From contig CANPZI010000003.1 in NCBI GenBank assembly GCA_947588995.1, forward strand, positions 128,180 through 192,179: 64,000 nucleotides of DNA. Direction: 5' to 3'. The stretch is from an uncultured Lachnospiraceae bacterium. GTDB taxonomy: Bacteria; Bacillota; Clostridia; Lachnospirales; Lachnospiraceae. The notes beneath the pieces were generated by a model. It did no database searches. It saw nothing but the letters and a program-made list of their open reading frames with translations, and was not told the DNA's origin. The position numbers and the translations under genes are program-made. Positions 37,501 to 46,526 of the stretch are shown piece by piece; within the stretch, counting starts at the first letter, position 1; every line of letters starts with the position of its first letter.

Positions 37501-38063
37501 AGATTCTGCTTTTCATCCTCCAGCTTCTTCTGCGCCGCGTACTTCCTGCGCTTGAATTTCACAATACCGGCAGCCTCGTCAAAGAGTTCCCTCCGCTCTT
37601 CCGGCTTGCCGCTCAAGATTTTGTCAATCTGCCCCTGCCCGATAATCGAGTAGCCCTCCTTGCCGATACCCGTATCGTAGAAGAGTTCGTTGACATCTTT
37701 TAAGCGACACGGCGTGCCGTTGATCATATACTCGCTCTCGCCGGAACGGTACAGTCTGCGCGAGACGGTCACTTCGTCATAGTCTATGGCCAGCTGATGA
37801 TCGGCATTGTCGAGCGTGATCGCCACATAGGCATAGCCTAACGGCTTGCGCATCTCCGTACCCGAAAAGATGACGTCCTGCATACTCGCGCCGCGCAGCT
37901 GTTTGATCCGCTGTTCACCCAGGACCCACCTGACGGCATCCGCCACATTGCTCTTGCCGGAGCCGTTCGGCCCGACAATCCCGGTGATGCCGTTATGGAA
38001 CTTGAAAGTGATCTTATTGGCAAAGGATTTGAATCCGTGTACTTCAATACTTTTTAAATACAT
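34503..38063 (-). CDS. smc: chromosome segregation protein SMC
   Basis: 1186 aa. Walker A GPNGSGKSN, long coiled coils, hinge, signature LSGGEKS, Walker B FCLLDE. Confidence 0.95.
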   Translation of the reverse strand: MYLKSIEVHGFKSFANKITFKFHNGITGIVGPNGSGKSNVADAVRWVLGEQRIKQLRGASMQDVIFSGTEMRKPLGYAYVAITLDNADHQLAIDYDEVTVSRRLYRSGESEYMINGTPCRLKDVNELFYDTGIGKEGYSIIGQGQIDKILSGKPEERRELFDEAAGIVKFKRRKYAAQKKLEDEKQNLLRVNDILSELEKQVGPLEKQAEKARVYLKKKEALKTLDVNVFLLENVRVRQQLDETEGKLKIAGDDLSDTTQKYEQIKDEYEQIASRIEQLDQEIEAARATLTDTGVTRSKLEGEINVLKEQIHSAEGNEEHLQNRIGSIRELIEERSAEREKIRADKAEIDTKLAGLEQARSEARELLEGIQRRIEELNGNIESGKNTIIDALNNRATIKSKLGSYDAKLEQINIRKAELNSRLLRVKSDEAEQAENIRKLEEEFEAVNAVIRELHDRQATMEEQLAALREELAGRDQKLRDTQVLYHQEKSKLEALSNLTERYEGYGGSVKAVMEQKEQEKGIIGVVADIIQAEAKYETAIETALGGNIQNIVTEDEETAKRMIAYLKKTRAGRATFLPLTSITKPQEFKNPEALKEEGVIGMADELVKIEKKYRNVAKAMLGRIVVVDNVDHAVKIARKFDYGIRMVTLEGELLVPGGAISGGAFKNNSNLLGRRREMEELEKKVKQYVVEIDRLLNEIEDTKKRRNKLRLDVEDVKGQLQQKFIEQNTARLNVMQARDRKSETEEGFGELKSEEQEIELQIREIRTDKDEIARELEDSETLEKNVGLQIEEFQRQLEESRAEESAQSSKVSEWDVEVEKMRQSVDFQGQNLERVEGEIARHTAELEEVQEGLHLSKEEVERKKESITEIEKTIASSYTAQNDAAQKLREDTAAKEELAARQKNFFASREEMSERMTALDKEVYRLESQKERLQESIEGQINYMWDEYEITLSDAETLKDEAMNDLPAMKKDIAALKDEIKKLGDVNVNAIEDYRNLMERYTFLKTQHDDLVEAEKTLLNIIEELDTSMRRQFNEKFAEINREFDKVFRELFGGGKGTLELMEDEDILEAGIRIIAQPPGKKLVNMMQMSGGEKSLTAICLLFAIQNLKPSPFCLLDEIEAALDENNVGRFAKYLHKLTKNTQFIVITHRRGTMEKADRLYGITMQEKGVSTLVSVNLIDKELDD

Positions 38064-38088
38064 ACTTACCTCTCAACCGTGCGGTGTC

Positions 38089-38787
38089 TCAGGTCCTGCC
38101 GCCTTTATCCATGCGAAGAAGCGCCTCATAGGCCGCTTTCTGCTCCGCCGCTTTCTTGGAATGGCCGACGCCGCTTCCGACTTTTCTCTCCCCGATATAT
38201 GCCTCCACCGTAAATATTTTATCGTGTTCCGGCCCTTCCTCGCTCACGAGTTCATAGCGCAGCGCGCCTTTGTTGTCTTTCTGCACTTCCTCCTGCAGGA
38301 TGGTCTTGGCGTCATAGAACAGCTGCTTGTTCTTAAGATCCGACAGAATAAAACGATGGATAAAAGACTTCGCCTTGTCAATCCCGCTGTCCAGATAGAT
38401 CGCGCCGATGATCGCCTCCATGACATCGGAGATGATGGAGTCACGGTTCCTGCCTCCCGTCGCCTCCTCGCCCTTGCCGAGCCTGATATATTCCTGCAGG
38501 CCGATCTGTCTCGCGCAGAATGCCAGCGCCGGTTCGCAGACCACCGACGAGCGGTACTTTGTCATCTTTCCCTCAGGCATATCCATATGTTCCCTGTAGA
38601 TATAGTCGCTGCTGACCAGCTCCAGCACCGCGTCGCCCAAAAATTCCAGCCGTTCATAGTCCTGCGTCCTGTTGATCTTCTGCTCATTGGCACAGGAACT
38701 GTGCGTCAGCGCCTGCCGCAGGAGCCCCTCGTCACGAAAAGAATACGCTATTTTCTGCTCCAATTCTCCGAGTTTTTCTTCCAGCAT
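38089..38787 (-). CDS. rnc: ribonuclease III
   Basis: NERLEFLGDAVL-type signature (YERLEFLGDAVLE), C-terminal dsRBD (GHSKKAAEQKAA). GGAGG RBS before the ATG at 38787. Confidence 0.92.
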   Translation of the reverse strand: MLEEKLGELEQKIAYSFRDEGLLRQALTHSSCANEQKINRTQDYERLEFLGDAVLELVSSDYIYREHMDMPEGKMTKYRSSVVCEPALAFCARQIGLQEYIRLGKGEEATGGRNRDSIISDVMEAIIGAIYLDSGIDKAKSFIHRFILSDLKNKQLFYDAKTILQEEVQKDNKGALRYELVSEEGPEHDKIFTVEAYIGERKVGSGVGHSKKAAEQKAAYEALLRMDKGGRT

Positions 38788-38840
38788 GAAAACCTCCACA
38801 TAGAAAAACCCTTTCCTGCAGAAAGGGCTTCTCTGCTTCC

Positions 38841-39071
38841 TTATGACCTCGCTTCCCTGATCAGGGCGACCGCTTCCCCCACTGTGGAAATATGCTCCGC
38901 CCGTTCGGCTGGGATCTCTATCTCAAAGGCCTCCTCAATTCCCATAATAATCTGGAACACGTCCAGGGAATCCGCGCCGAGATCTTCCGTAAAAGTAGTC
39001 TCCGGCGTTATCTCATTGGGATCTACACTCAGTACATCAGCGATGACTTCCTTAAGCTTATCAAACTCCAC
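38841..39071 (-). CDS. acpP: acyl carrier protein
   Basis: 76 aa with the DLGADSLD phosphopantetheine attachment motif. Confidence 0.93.
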   Translation of the reverse strand: MEFDKLKEVIADVLSVDPNEITPETTFTEDLGADSLDVFQIIMGIEEAFEIEIPAERAEHISTVGEAVALIREARS

Positions 39072-39106
39072 GTCGATGCCGCTCCCTTCGTCTTCTCTAT
39101 CGTCTG

Positions 39107-40135
39107 TCAGTCCTCCTCGGACACAGCTTCCTGCGTCAAAAGCATCTCCCTGATCTTATCGTTGATCTTCTGCTCCGTAAAGGTAATACACTGCAAAATG
39201 GAATTCTTGACTTCCACGGCTTTGGCGCTTCCGTGCGTCTTGACGACCAGCCCTTTCAGTCCGAGAAGCGGTGCGCCGCCGTACTGTTCTAAGTCGAACG
39301 CTTTCAGGGTCTGCTTCAGGGCAGGCTTCACCAGCAGGGCGCCGATCTTGCTGCGCAGGCTCGTCATCATGCCCTCCTTGACTTTCTTAATCAGCGTGGC
39401 GCCGACTCCCTCGTAAGTTTTGAGGATCACGTTGCCGACGAAAGCCTCGCACACAATCACATCCGCCGCGCCCGCCGGGATATCCCTGGCCTCCACGCTG
39501 CCGATAAAATTGATGTCCGGACAGTTTTTGAGAAGAGGGAATGTCTCCTTGACCAGAGCGTTGCCTTTCTCCTCCTCGGCGCCGATATTCACGATGCCGA
39601 CCCTGGGGTTCTTCACGCCCATCACATGCTCCATATACACGGAGCCCATCTTGGCGAACTGCACGAGATGAGACGGCCTGGCATCCACATTGGCCCCGCA
39701 GTCGATCAGCAGCGAGCAGCCGTCCGCCGTCGGGATGAGCGGTGCAAGCGGCGGCCTCTCCACGCCCTTGATGCGCCCCACGATAACTTGTCCGCCCACC
39801 AGGGTCGCGCCCGTGCTTCCCGCGGAGACATAGGCGTCGCAGACGCCGTCTTTCACCAACGTCAGCGCTTTCACCAGCGAGGAATCTTTCTTTCTGCGGA
39901 TCGCCATCACCGGCGGTTCCGCCGTCTCTATGATCTCCGAGGCCGGCACAATCTCTATCCTGTCTTTCTGATAAGTATATTTTGCGAGTTCGCTCTCCAG
40001 AACGTCCTGCGGACCGGTCAGACAAATCATGACCTTGTCGCTCTCATTGACGGCATCCACCGCGCCCTTGACGATTTCCCGCGGCGCATTGTCGCCGCCC
40101 ATCGCATCTACAGCCACTTTCACCAATTCGCCCAT
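39107..40135 (-). CDS. plsX: phosphate acyltransferase PlsX
   Basis: VAVDAMGGDNAP start motif, 342 aa. Sits in the conserved rpmF-plsX-acpP-rnc context. Confidence 0.93.
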   Translation of the reverse strand: MGELVKVAVDAMGGDNAPREIVKGAVDAVNESDKVMICLTGPQDVLESELAKYTYQKDRIEIVPASEIIETAEPPVMAIRRKKDSSLVKALTLVKDGVCDAYVSAGSTGATLVGGQVIVGRIKGVERPPLAPLIPTADGCSLLIDCGANVDARPSHLVQFAKMGSVYMEHVMGVKNPRVGIVNIGAEEEKGNALVKETFPLLKNCPDINFIGSVEARDIPAGAADVIVCEAFVGNVILKTYEGVGATLIKKVKEGMMTSLRSKIGALLVKPALKQTLKAFDLEQYGGAPLLGLKGLVVKTHGSAKAVEVKNSILQCITFTEQKINDKIREMLLTQEAVSEED

Positions 40136-40177
40136 ACCTGTCTACACCTTTCCCGCGCCTGTTAAAATATCATCTCT

Positions 40178-40206
40178 ACTATACTAAATATACCCGTAAA
40201 AATCAA
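40178..40206 (-). promoter_or_regulatory. candidate sigma-A promoter for plsX-acpP
   Basis: Minus strand: TTGATT (40206..40201), 17 nt, TATAGT (40183..40178). Confidence 0.5.
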
Positions 40207-40238
40207 GGTCTAAAAGAACGCCCGCACCGCTTTTGCGC

Positions 40239-40277
40239 AAAATAAAATAAGGCTCTCCGGAGTCTTCCGGAAAGCCT
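40239..40277 (-). terminator. Rho-independent terminator after rpmF
   Basis: Minus strand: AGGCTTTCCGGA-AGAC-TCCGGAGAGCCT (12-bp stem, one G-U pair) followed by TATTTTATTTT. Confidence 0.7.
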
Positions 40278-40290
40278 CGTCACACAGTGA

Positions 40291-40470
40291 TCAATCTACA
40301 GCAATGATCTCTTTTTTGTTGTATGTGCCGCAGTTCTTACATACTCTGTGAGGCACTGTCAGAGCGCCGCACTTGCTGCATTTTACCAGCGTGGGAGCGG
40401 TCATTTTCCAATTTGCTCTCCTCTTGTCTCTTCTTCCCTTAGAAGATTTGTTCTTAGGACAAATAGACAT
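40291..40470 (-). CDS. rpmF: 50S ribosomal protein L32
   Basis: Absent from the ORF track because it is under 60 aa. My translation: MSICPKNKSSKGRRDKRRANWKMTAPTLVKCSKCGALTVPHRVCKNCGTYNKKEIIAVD (CxxC...CxxC zinc ribbon). Directly after yceD. Confidence 0.9.
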   Translation of the reverse strand: MSICPKNKSSKGRRDKRRANWKMTAPTLVKCSKCGALTVPHRVCKNCGTYNKKEIIAVD

Positions 40471-40472
40471 CT

Positions 40473-41000
40473 TTACACCTCCTTATTTCCGTAAAAAATA
40501 TCCTTTATTAACGCCATCCTCGGATCAGGAACAAAGGTGTCGCAATCACATGTTCCCGTATTCAAGTCCCTGCCGCACTGCCTGCAGATTCCTTTACATT
40601 CAGGCCTGCACAGGACTTTCATAGGTAGGTTAATCACAATCTCCATGCGCAGGAAGTCGTCCACATCCATCTGACAACCGTCCATGAACTCCTGATCCGC
40701 CTGCCCGTCAGGCACGGCCGCAAGCACATCCGGCGCGTACACTTCCCTGTCAAACACAAGGTCAAGCGTCTCATCCACCGGCTTTAAGCATCTGTCGCAG
40801 TTCATGGCCAGCGTGATCTCCGCGTGGCCGGTGAGCAGCGCCCGTCCCTTGCCGTTGTTGACAAAAGTCAGGCTGACCGGTGAAACCTCTTTCACCGGGA
40901 TCGACACACCGCCCGTCACAACCTCTCTAAGCGCCGTCTCCGCCTCTGTTGTGACCGTCCGGTCTTGCGCGGCAAACACCTCAGTCAAGTTTATAACCAT
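40473..41000 (-). CDS. yceD: YceD-family (DUF177) protein
   Basis: 175 aa with the C-terminal CRPECKGICRQCGRDLN Cys cluster. Conserved partner upstream of rpmF. Confidence 0.88.
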   Translation of the reverse strand: MVINLTEVFAAQDRTVTTEAETALREVVTGGVSIPVKEVSPVSLTFVNNGKGRALLTGHAEITLAMNCDRCLKPVDETLDLVFDREVYAPDVLAAVPDGQADQEFMDGCQMDVDDFLRMEIVINLPMKVLCRPECKGICRQCGRDLNTGTCDCDTFVPDPRMALIKDIFYGNKEV

Positions 41001-41026
41001 AACCGACTCCTATACACACGCAGATA

Positions 41027-41055
41027 ATTATACTAACGAGAATATTTTTTGTCAA
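41027..41055 (-). promoter_or_regulatory. consensus sigma-A promoter for yceD-rpmF
   Basis: Minus strand: TTGACA (41055..41050), 17 nt, TATAAT (41032..41027). Confidence 0.65.
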
Positions 41056-41131
41056 CCACAAAATTCACATCCTGCCCGAAACGCTCATCCGGTCCTCCCC
41101 GGCTCCGTCTCTTCCAGCGCGGCGGCCGGAT

Positions 41132-42133
41132 TTATGACAGCTGCGCCTGAACCGCCGTGAGCGCCACGACACCCACGATATCTTCCCAGGAACAGCCTCG
41201 GGAGAGGTCGTTGACCGGCTTCGCGATACCCTGCAGCATCGGGCCGTAAGCCTCAGCCCTGCCGAGCCGCTGCACCAGCTTGTAGCCGATGTTGCCGCAG
41301 TCCAGGTTGGGGAAGATCAGCACGTTTGCCTTGCCCGCCACCTCGCTGCCCGGCGCTTTGGACTTCGCCACCTGAGGTACCAGCGCCGCGTCGGTCTGCA
41401 GCTCACCGTCGAGACACAGATGAGGGTACTGTTCATGAGCGATCTTCGTCGCCTCTACCACCTTGTCCACAAGAGGGTGCTTGGCGCTTCCCTTGGTGGA
41501 GTGGGAGAGCATGGCGATGATCGGTTTCGCGCCTACCAGACTCTTGAAACTCTTCGCGGAAGTGTCCGCGATCGCAGCCAGCTCCTCCGCGGTGGGATCC
41601 TGATTCAGACCGCAGTCCGCGAAGAGGAATGTCCCGTGCTCCCCGTACTCGCAATCCGGCACGTCCATGATGAAGAAGCCGGACACCAGCTTCACACCCG
41701 GCGCGGTTTTCAGAATCTGCAGCGCCGGCCGAAGCGTGTCCGCCGTCGCATGGCAGGCGCCCGCCACCATACCGTCCGCATCGTTCGCCTTGACCATGAT
41801 CACGCCGAACGTGAGGTAATCTTTCAACAGGATCTCTCTCGCCGCCTCCGGCGTCATCCCCTTATTCTTTCTCGTCTCATACAGAAGGTCCGCGTACTCC
41901 TCAAATTTGTCCGTCCTCTCGGGGTCCACGATCTTCACGCCGTCCAGCTCTACCTCCAGCCAGCCGGCGCCGTCCATGATCTTCTCCTCGTTGCCGATCA
42001 TGATGATATCCGCGATACCCTCTTTCAGAATGTGCGAGGCCGCGATCAGCGTCCTCTTATCGTTCGTCTCCGGCAGGATAATCGTCTTTTTGTCGCTCTT
42101 GGCTTTCTCTTTGATCAAATCAATGTAACTCAT
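41132..42133 (-). CDS. pta: phosphate acetyltransferase
   Basis: 333 aa with a typical short Pta (KTIILPETNDKRTL ... GACHATADTLRPALQI ... GPMLQG). Confidence 0.92.
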   Translation of the reverse strand: MSYIDLIKEKAKSDKKTIILPETNDKRTLIAASHILKEGIADIIMIGNEEKIMDGAGWLEVELDGVKIVDPERTDKFEEYADLLYETRKNKGMTPEAAREILLKDYLTFGVIMVKANDADGMVAGACHATADTLRPALQILKTAPGVKLVSGFFIMDVPDCEYGEHGTFLFADCGLNQDPTAEELAAIADTSAKSFKSLVGAKPIIAMLSHSTKGSAKHPLVDKVVEATKIAHEQYPHLCLDGELQTDAALVPQVAKSKAPGSEVAGKANVLIFPNLDCGNIGYKLVQRLGRAEAYGPMLQGIAKPVNDLSRGCSWEDIVGVVALTAVQAQLS

Positions 42134-42194
42134 ATGCTTTTCCCTCCTGATACATCATTGTGCCGCGTTTTACACGACACCCCATACAGGTAAA

Positions 42195-42223
42195 ATTATA
42201 CAGAATTTATTGATTTTGTACAA
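42195..42223 (-). promoter_or_regulatory. candidate sigma-A promoter for pta
   Basis: Minus strand: TTGTAC (42223..42218), 17 nt, TATAAT (42200..42195). Confidence 0.5.
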
Positions 42224-42313
42224 GATATATTCCTGTTTTGACGGTATTTTTTTAGATACAAAAGACGCCTTTTATGATACACTGATAGAAACAGATTCAG
42301 CGAAACGGAGATT

Positions 42314-43555
42314 ATGATGAAAACAGTTGGCATTATCGCGGAGTACAATCCGTTCCACAACGGACACGCATACCAGATCAGAGAAGCGAAGCAGCTTACC
42401 GGCGCGGACTATTGTATCGTCGTCATGAGCGGCGATTTCGTGCAGCGCGGCGTCCCGGCGATCATGGACAAGTATCTGCGCGCCCGCTCCGCTCTTGAGA
42501 ACGGCGCGGATCTCGTGCTGGAACTGCCCGTCTGCTATGCCGCCGCCAGCGCGGAATACTTTGCCGCCGGCGCCGTCTCTCTGCTTGACCGGCTGGGCGT
42601 TGCCGACGCGCTCTGCTTTGGCAGCGAATGCGGCGACATCCGTATCCTGTCCGCGTTCGCAGAAGAACTTCTCGCGGAATCACCGGCGTTTCAGGCGCAT
42701 CTCAAAGAGCGCATGAAAGCGGGGGAAACCTATCCGCAGGCGAGAAACCACGCGCTCTGTGAAACCGCTCCGCAGCTGACCGGCTCTCTCGACGTCCTGC
42801 AGTCCCCGAACAACATTCTCGGCATAGAATACCTCAAAGCGCTCATGAGACAAAAAAGCCGCATCGAAGCGCACACCTTGAGCCGTATCGGCGCAGGCTA
42901 TCACACCGCCTGCCTCGATACCTCCTACAGTTCCGCCCGCGCCATCCGGGAATCCATTGAGACGAACAGAGGAATCGGTTATGTCAGAGAACAGGTTCCG
43001 CCCTCCGTCTTCGGCGTGATGGAGCAGGCTTACGGAAATGCTTTTCCGATCCTGCCCGACGACCTGTCGGCTCTTTTGCCCTACAGGCTTCTTCTGGAAC
43101 AGGCTCGCGGATTTACGGCATATCTCGACGTGGACGGCGCTTTTTCGGACAGGCTGTGCCGGCTGCTGCCCTCCTACACGGACTACGCATCTTTCTGCGA
43201 ACTGCTCAAGACGCGGAACATGACCTACACGCGAGTCGCGCGCAACCTGCTGCATATCCTGCTGGACATCCGCCAGGAGGATGTCGACGCTTTCCGCGCC
43301 GAAGACTGTGTTTACTATGCGAGAATGCTCGGCTTTCGGGAAGACGCAAAACCGCTTCTTAGCGCGGTCAAAGAGCACGCCTCAATCCCTCTGATCTCCA
43401 GACCGGCGGACGCAGACAGGCTGATTGCATCGCCAAACGGCCTGCGCATATTCGCGTGCGATATCCGCGCCTCCCACATCTATTCGCTCCTCGTCCAGCG
43501 GAAGTTCGGAGGCGCCATGCGGAACGAATACCAAAGGCAGCTCGTCGTCGTGTAG
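42314..43555 (+). CDS. tmcAL: tRNA(Met) cytidine acetate ligase (UPF0348/YlbM family nucleotidyltransferase)
   Basis: GIIAEYNPFHNGHAYQI HxGH-type motif, 413 aa. Confidence 0.85.
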   Translation: MMKTVGIIAEYNPFHNGHAYQIREAKQLTGADYCIVVMSGDFVQRGVPAIMDKYLRARSALENGADLVLELPVCYAAASAEYFAAGAVSLLDRLGVADALCFGSECGDIRILSAFAEELLAESPAFQAHLKERMKAGETYPQARNHALCETAPQLTGSLDVLQSPNNILGIEYLKALMRQKSRIEAHTLSRIGAGYHTACLDTSYSSARAIRESIETNRGIGYVREQVPPSVFGVMEQAYGNAFPILPDDLSALLPYRLLLEQARGFTAYLDVDGAFSDRLCRLLPSYTDYASFCELLKTRNMTYTRVARNLLHILLDIRQEDVDAFRAEDCVYYARMLGFREDAKPLLSAVKEHASIPLISRPADADRLIASPNGLRIFACDIRASHIYSLLVQRKFGGAMRNEYQRQLVVV

Positions 43556-43574
43556 CTGTCCGTCCCGCCGCTTC

Positions 43575-45773
43575 TCACTTGTTTTCCAGCAGTTCAAAGG
43601 GCAGCCACGCCAGAATCTTCTCGCTCAGTTCCTTGATGTTGATGGGCTTCGGGATAAAGTCGTTCATGCCCTCTTCGAGGAACATTTCCTTGACGCCGCT
43701 TATCGCGTTGGCCGTCAGCGCGATGATCGGCACATTCCGGTAATACTCCCCGTCCATCTGCCTGATGATGTGCGTAGTCTCCACGCCGTCCATATCCGGC
43801 ATCATGTGATCCATAAAGATCAGATGGTATTCTTTTTCTTTCACCATCTCGATGGCTTCTTTGCCGCTCTTGGCCGTATCTACCTGCATGGCGAACGGCC
43901 GCATCAGCCCCACCGCCACCTTGCGGTTGACGAGATTGTCGTCCACGACGAGCACTCTGGCGTTCGGCGCCTTAAAATCCTCGTACCTGGTCGTCTGCTG
44001 CGCGCGCGGTTGTTTCTCACTCAGTTCCAGCGACCCGCAGGGCTCTGCGTCCACCACGCGCTGCGGCACTTCAAAGCTGAACGTACTCCCCTGACGATAC
44101 TCGCTCTCCACATGAATCTGACCGCCCATCAGCTGAATGAGCTGCCTCGAGATGGCGAGTCCCAGACCGCTTCCCTCTTTCTTGCGGTTTCTGAAGACGT
44201 CGGACTGTTCAAACGAATTGAAGATCCGTTCCAGGTCCTCCTCCTTAATGCCGATGCCTGTATCTCTCACCGCCGCCCGAAGCAGGATGTCTTCCCCGGC
44301 TTTCTCATAGCCGACGCTCAGCTGTATACCGCCCTGCTCAGTGAATTTCACGGCGTTGTTGACCAGATTGATGAGTACCTGTTTTAAGCGGATCTCGTCG
44401 CCGTGCAGCCTCTTCGGCATCGTCTGGTCAAGTCCGATCTCCAGACGCAGGTTTTTCTCCTCCACCTTACCGGAGAAAATGTGATACACATCCTGCACGA
44501 GAGATTTCACGTCATAATCCGCCTCCACAATCTCCATTTTGCCGGATTCCATCTTCGAGAAATCCAGGATATCGTTGATGATCGTCAACAGCGTCGTGCT
44601 GGCGGATTTGATCTGCTCGATGGCGTCCCGCTGCTGTTCGTCCAGCTTCCCCCTGAGGGCGATCTCCGTCATGCCCAGGATCGCGTTCATGGGCGTTCTG
44701 ATCTCATGGCTCATATTCGCCAGAAACGCGGATTTGACGCGCGAGGCATTCTCCGCTTTCTCCGCCAGTTCCCGCATCAGCTTCGCCTGCGCCATCACGT
44801 CAGTCACGTCGATAACGGACAGCATATAGCCCTTAACCTGCATCTCGTCGCGGATCTCCGCGTTCCTGATCTCGTAACTCTTATCGTTCAGTTCCAGCAC
44901 CGTGCCGGTCTGCTCGTAGATCGCCTGGATCTCCGACTCGCTGACTCTGCCCTCCCCCAGTTTCATATCGGGGAACAGTTCACATGCCGCCGGATTCGCA
45001 TAGAGGAACTTCATCTGGTTGTCCGACACGATGATACCCTCGTCCATGCTCTCGATCACGGCTTCTTTCGCGTTCTGCACCAGATCAAACAGCCCGTACC
45101 TGTTGACCGCCACAAAGAGACAGACGACCGAGCAGAAAATGCCGAGCGGCGTCGTGTCAAACCCGCCGGTAATCCCGCTTAAATATAAGAGCAGCATAAA
45201 AAACGGCAGCACGCCCGCAGCGATCAGAAGACTGCGGATTGTCCGATGCTCCTGTCCGTTCTGATGGTAGGCCGGATTGATACAGACATAGAGATACAGA
45301 ATCATTTCCACCAGGCAGAACAGCATGTAGAAATAGTAGAGCGGCGCTTTGCCCAGAATGAGGATATTGCCGTTGGCCGTGGCCGCAATCTCATAAGAGG
45401 TATAGTAGAGGCTGTGGTAATCACAGGTCATGATGATGCCGAAAAAGACCAGATTGATCCCGAAGAGCGCGGTCATCAGCCTCCGCGGCCATCGGATCTT
45501 ATAGTAGGACAGGATGAATGTAAGCGCCAGAAAATTGGCAAAACACTTGCCCATGTACTCTGCCTTGCCGAGCGCCAGAAGTTCCCGCATATCCGCTTCT
45601 GCCATGATGAACAGGCTGCGGGCCACCAGCGCCGCCAGACAGCAGCTCACCGTCATGATCAGCCTGTTCTTGTAAGCGGAATCTTTCTGCTTCAATATGG
45701 AAGCCAGAAGAAAAAACGATACCAGTACCCCGAATATATGGATACAAAGCCATACTCCCTGCATGATCTGCAT
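43575..45773 (-). CDS. hybrid sensor histidine kinase/response regulator
   Basis: About 7 N-terminal TM helices, PAS-like segment, H-box LANMSHEIRTPMNAI, HATPase (GSGLGLAISRQL), C-terminal receiver (VLVVDDN...IFMDHMMPDMDG...LTAN). Confidence 0.88.
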   Translation of the reverse strand: MQIMQGVWLCIHIFGVLVSFFLLASILKQKDSAYKNRLIMTVSCCLAALVARSLFIMAEADMRELLALGKAEYMGKCFANFLALTFILSYYKIRWPRRLMTALFGINLVFFGIIMTCDYHSLYYTSYEIAATANGNILILGKAPLYYFYMLFCLVEMILYLYVCINPAYHQNGQEHRTIRSLLIAAGVLPFFMLLLYLSGITGGFDTTPLGIFCSVVCLFVAVNRYGLFDLVQNAKEAVIESMDEGIIVSDNQMKFLYANPAACELFPDMKLGEGRVSESEIQAIYEQTGTVLELNDKSYEIRNAEIRDEMQVKGYMLSVIDVTDVMAQAKLMRELAEKAENASRVKSAFLANMSHEIRTPMNAILGMTEIALRGKLDEQQRDAIEQIKSASTTLLTIINDILDFSKMESGKMEIVEADYDVKSLVQDVYHIFSGKVEEKNLRLEIGLDQTMPKRLHGDEIRLKQVLINLVNNAVKFTEQGGIQLSVGYEKAGEDILLRAAVRDTGIGIKEEDLERIFNSFEQSDVFRNRKKEGSGLGLAISRQLIQLMGGQIHVESEYRQGSTFSFEVPQRVVDAEPCGSLELSEKQPRAQQTTRYEDFKAPNARVLVVDDNLVNRKVAVGLMRPFAMQVDTAKSGKEAIEMVKEKEYHLIFMDHMMPDMDGVETTHIIRQMDGEYYRNVPIIALTANAISGVKEMFLEEGMNDFIPKPINIKELSEKILAWLPFELLENK

Positions 45774-45778
45774 AACCC

Positions 45779-46507
45779 TTATCTCCCATCAACGCCCTGT
45801 TGTCCCGTCACCTTCGCGATATAGCTTTTGATCCGATCGTGCACCATGTCGGACACCTCCAGCGTACTCATTCCCCGGTACTGCTCGTAGGTGATCGCCG
45901 GCAGATAGTGCACCTGCGTGGTGACCGGTTTGAGCGACCACTCCTCGAACACCTTGTAGGAATCGATCAGCACCACCGGCACGATCGGCGCTTTTGCCCG
46001 CATCGCGCTCTTGAAACAGCCCGGCTTAAACTCCCGCACTTCATTGTGATTGTGAAAATAGCCGCCCTCCGGGAAAATGATGTAGCGCCTCCCCTGCGCA
46101 ACCTCAGACGCCACTTCCGAGATGAGCTTCACCGACTGCCGCATATCGTCCTTGATCAGCCGCTTCCCGTGCAGCAGATCCACAAACTGTGTCGTCAGGA
46201 TCACATGGGACTTCGCGTCGTCGATCACCACGGTACACGGCTTCTCGTGCGTCGCTATGATACCCAGCGCGTCATACTTGCCCTGATGATTCGGGAACAT
46301 GACATAACCGCCCTCTTTCGGCAGGTTCTCCATGCCGTACCCGCGCGTCGTGATATGCCCGGAACGCTTCATGCGTTCCACCGTCAGCTTCGCGTAGGCA
46401 TAGCGCTGCTCTTCCGTGTATCTGCTGCTTCCCGCCTTGTACCGCATCCGCGGTATCATATAGAGCCGCGGCAGATTGCACACGATAACCTGTATAAAAC
46501 GTAACAT
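45779..46507 (-). CDS. plsC: 1-acyl-sn-glycerol-3-phosphate acyltransferase family protein
   Basis: HX4D motif (PNHQGKYD) and FPEGG motif. Confidence 0.85.
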   Translation of the reverse strand: MLRFIQVIVCNLPRLYMIPRMRYKAGSSRYTEEQRYAYAKLTVERMKRSGHITTRGYGMENLPKEGGYVMFPNHQGKYDALGIIATHEKPCTVVIDDAKSHVILTTQFVDLLHGKRLIKDDMRQSVKLISEVASEVAQGRRYIIFPEGGYFHNHNEVREFKPGCFKSAMRAKAPIVPVVLIDSYKVFEEWSLKPVTTQVHYLPAITYEQYRGMSTLEVSDMVHDRIKSYIAKVTGQQGVDGR

Positions 46508-46526
46508 ATTGTTTTTTCCCCTCCCA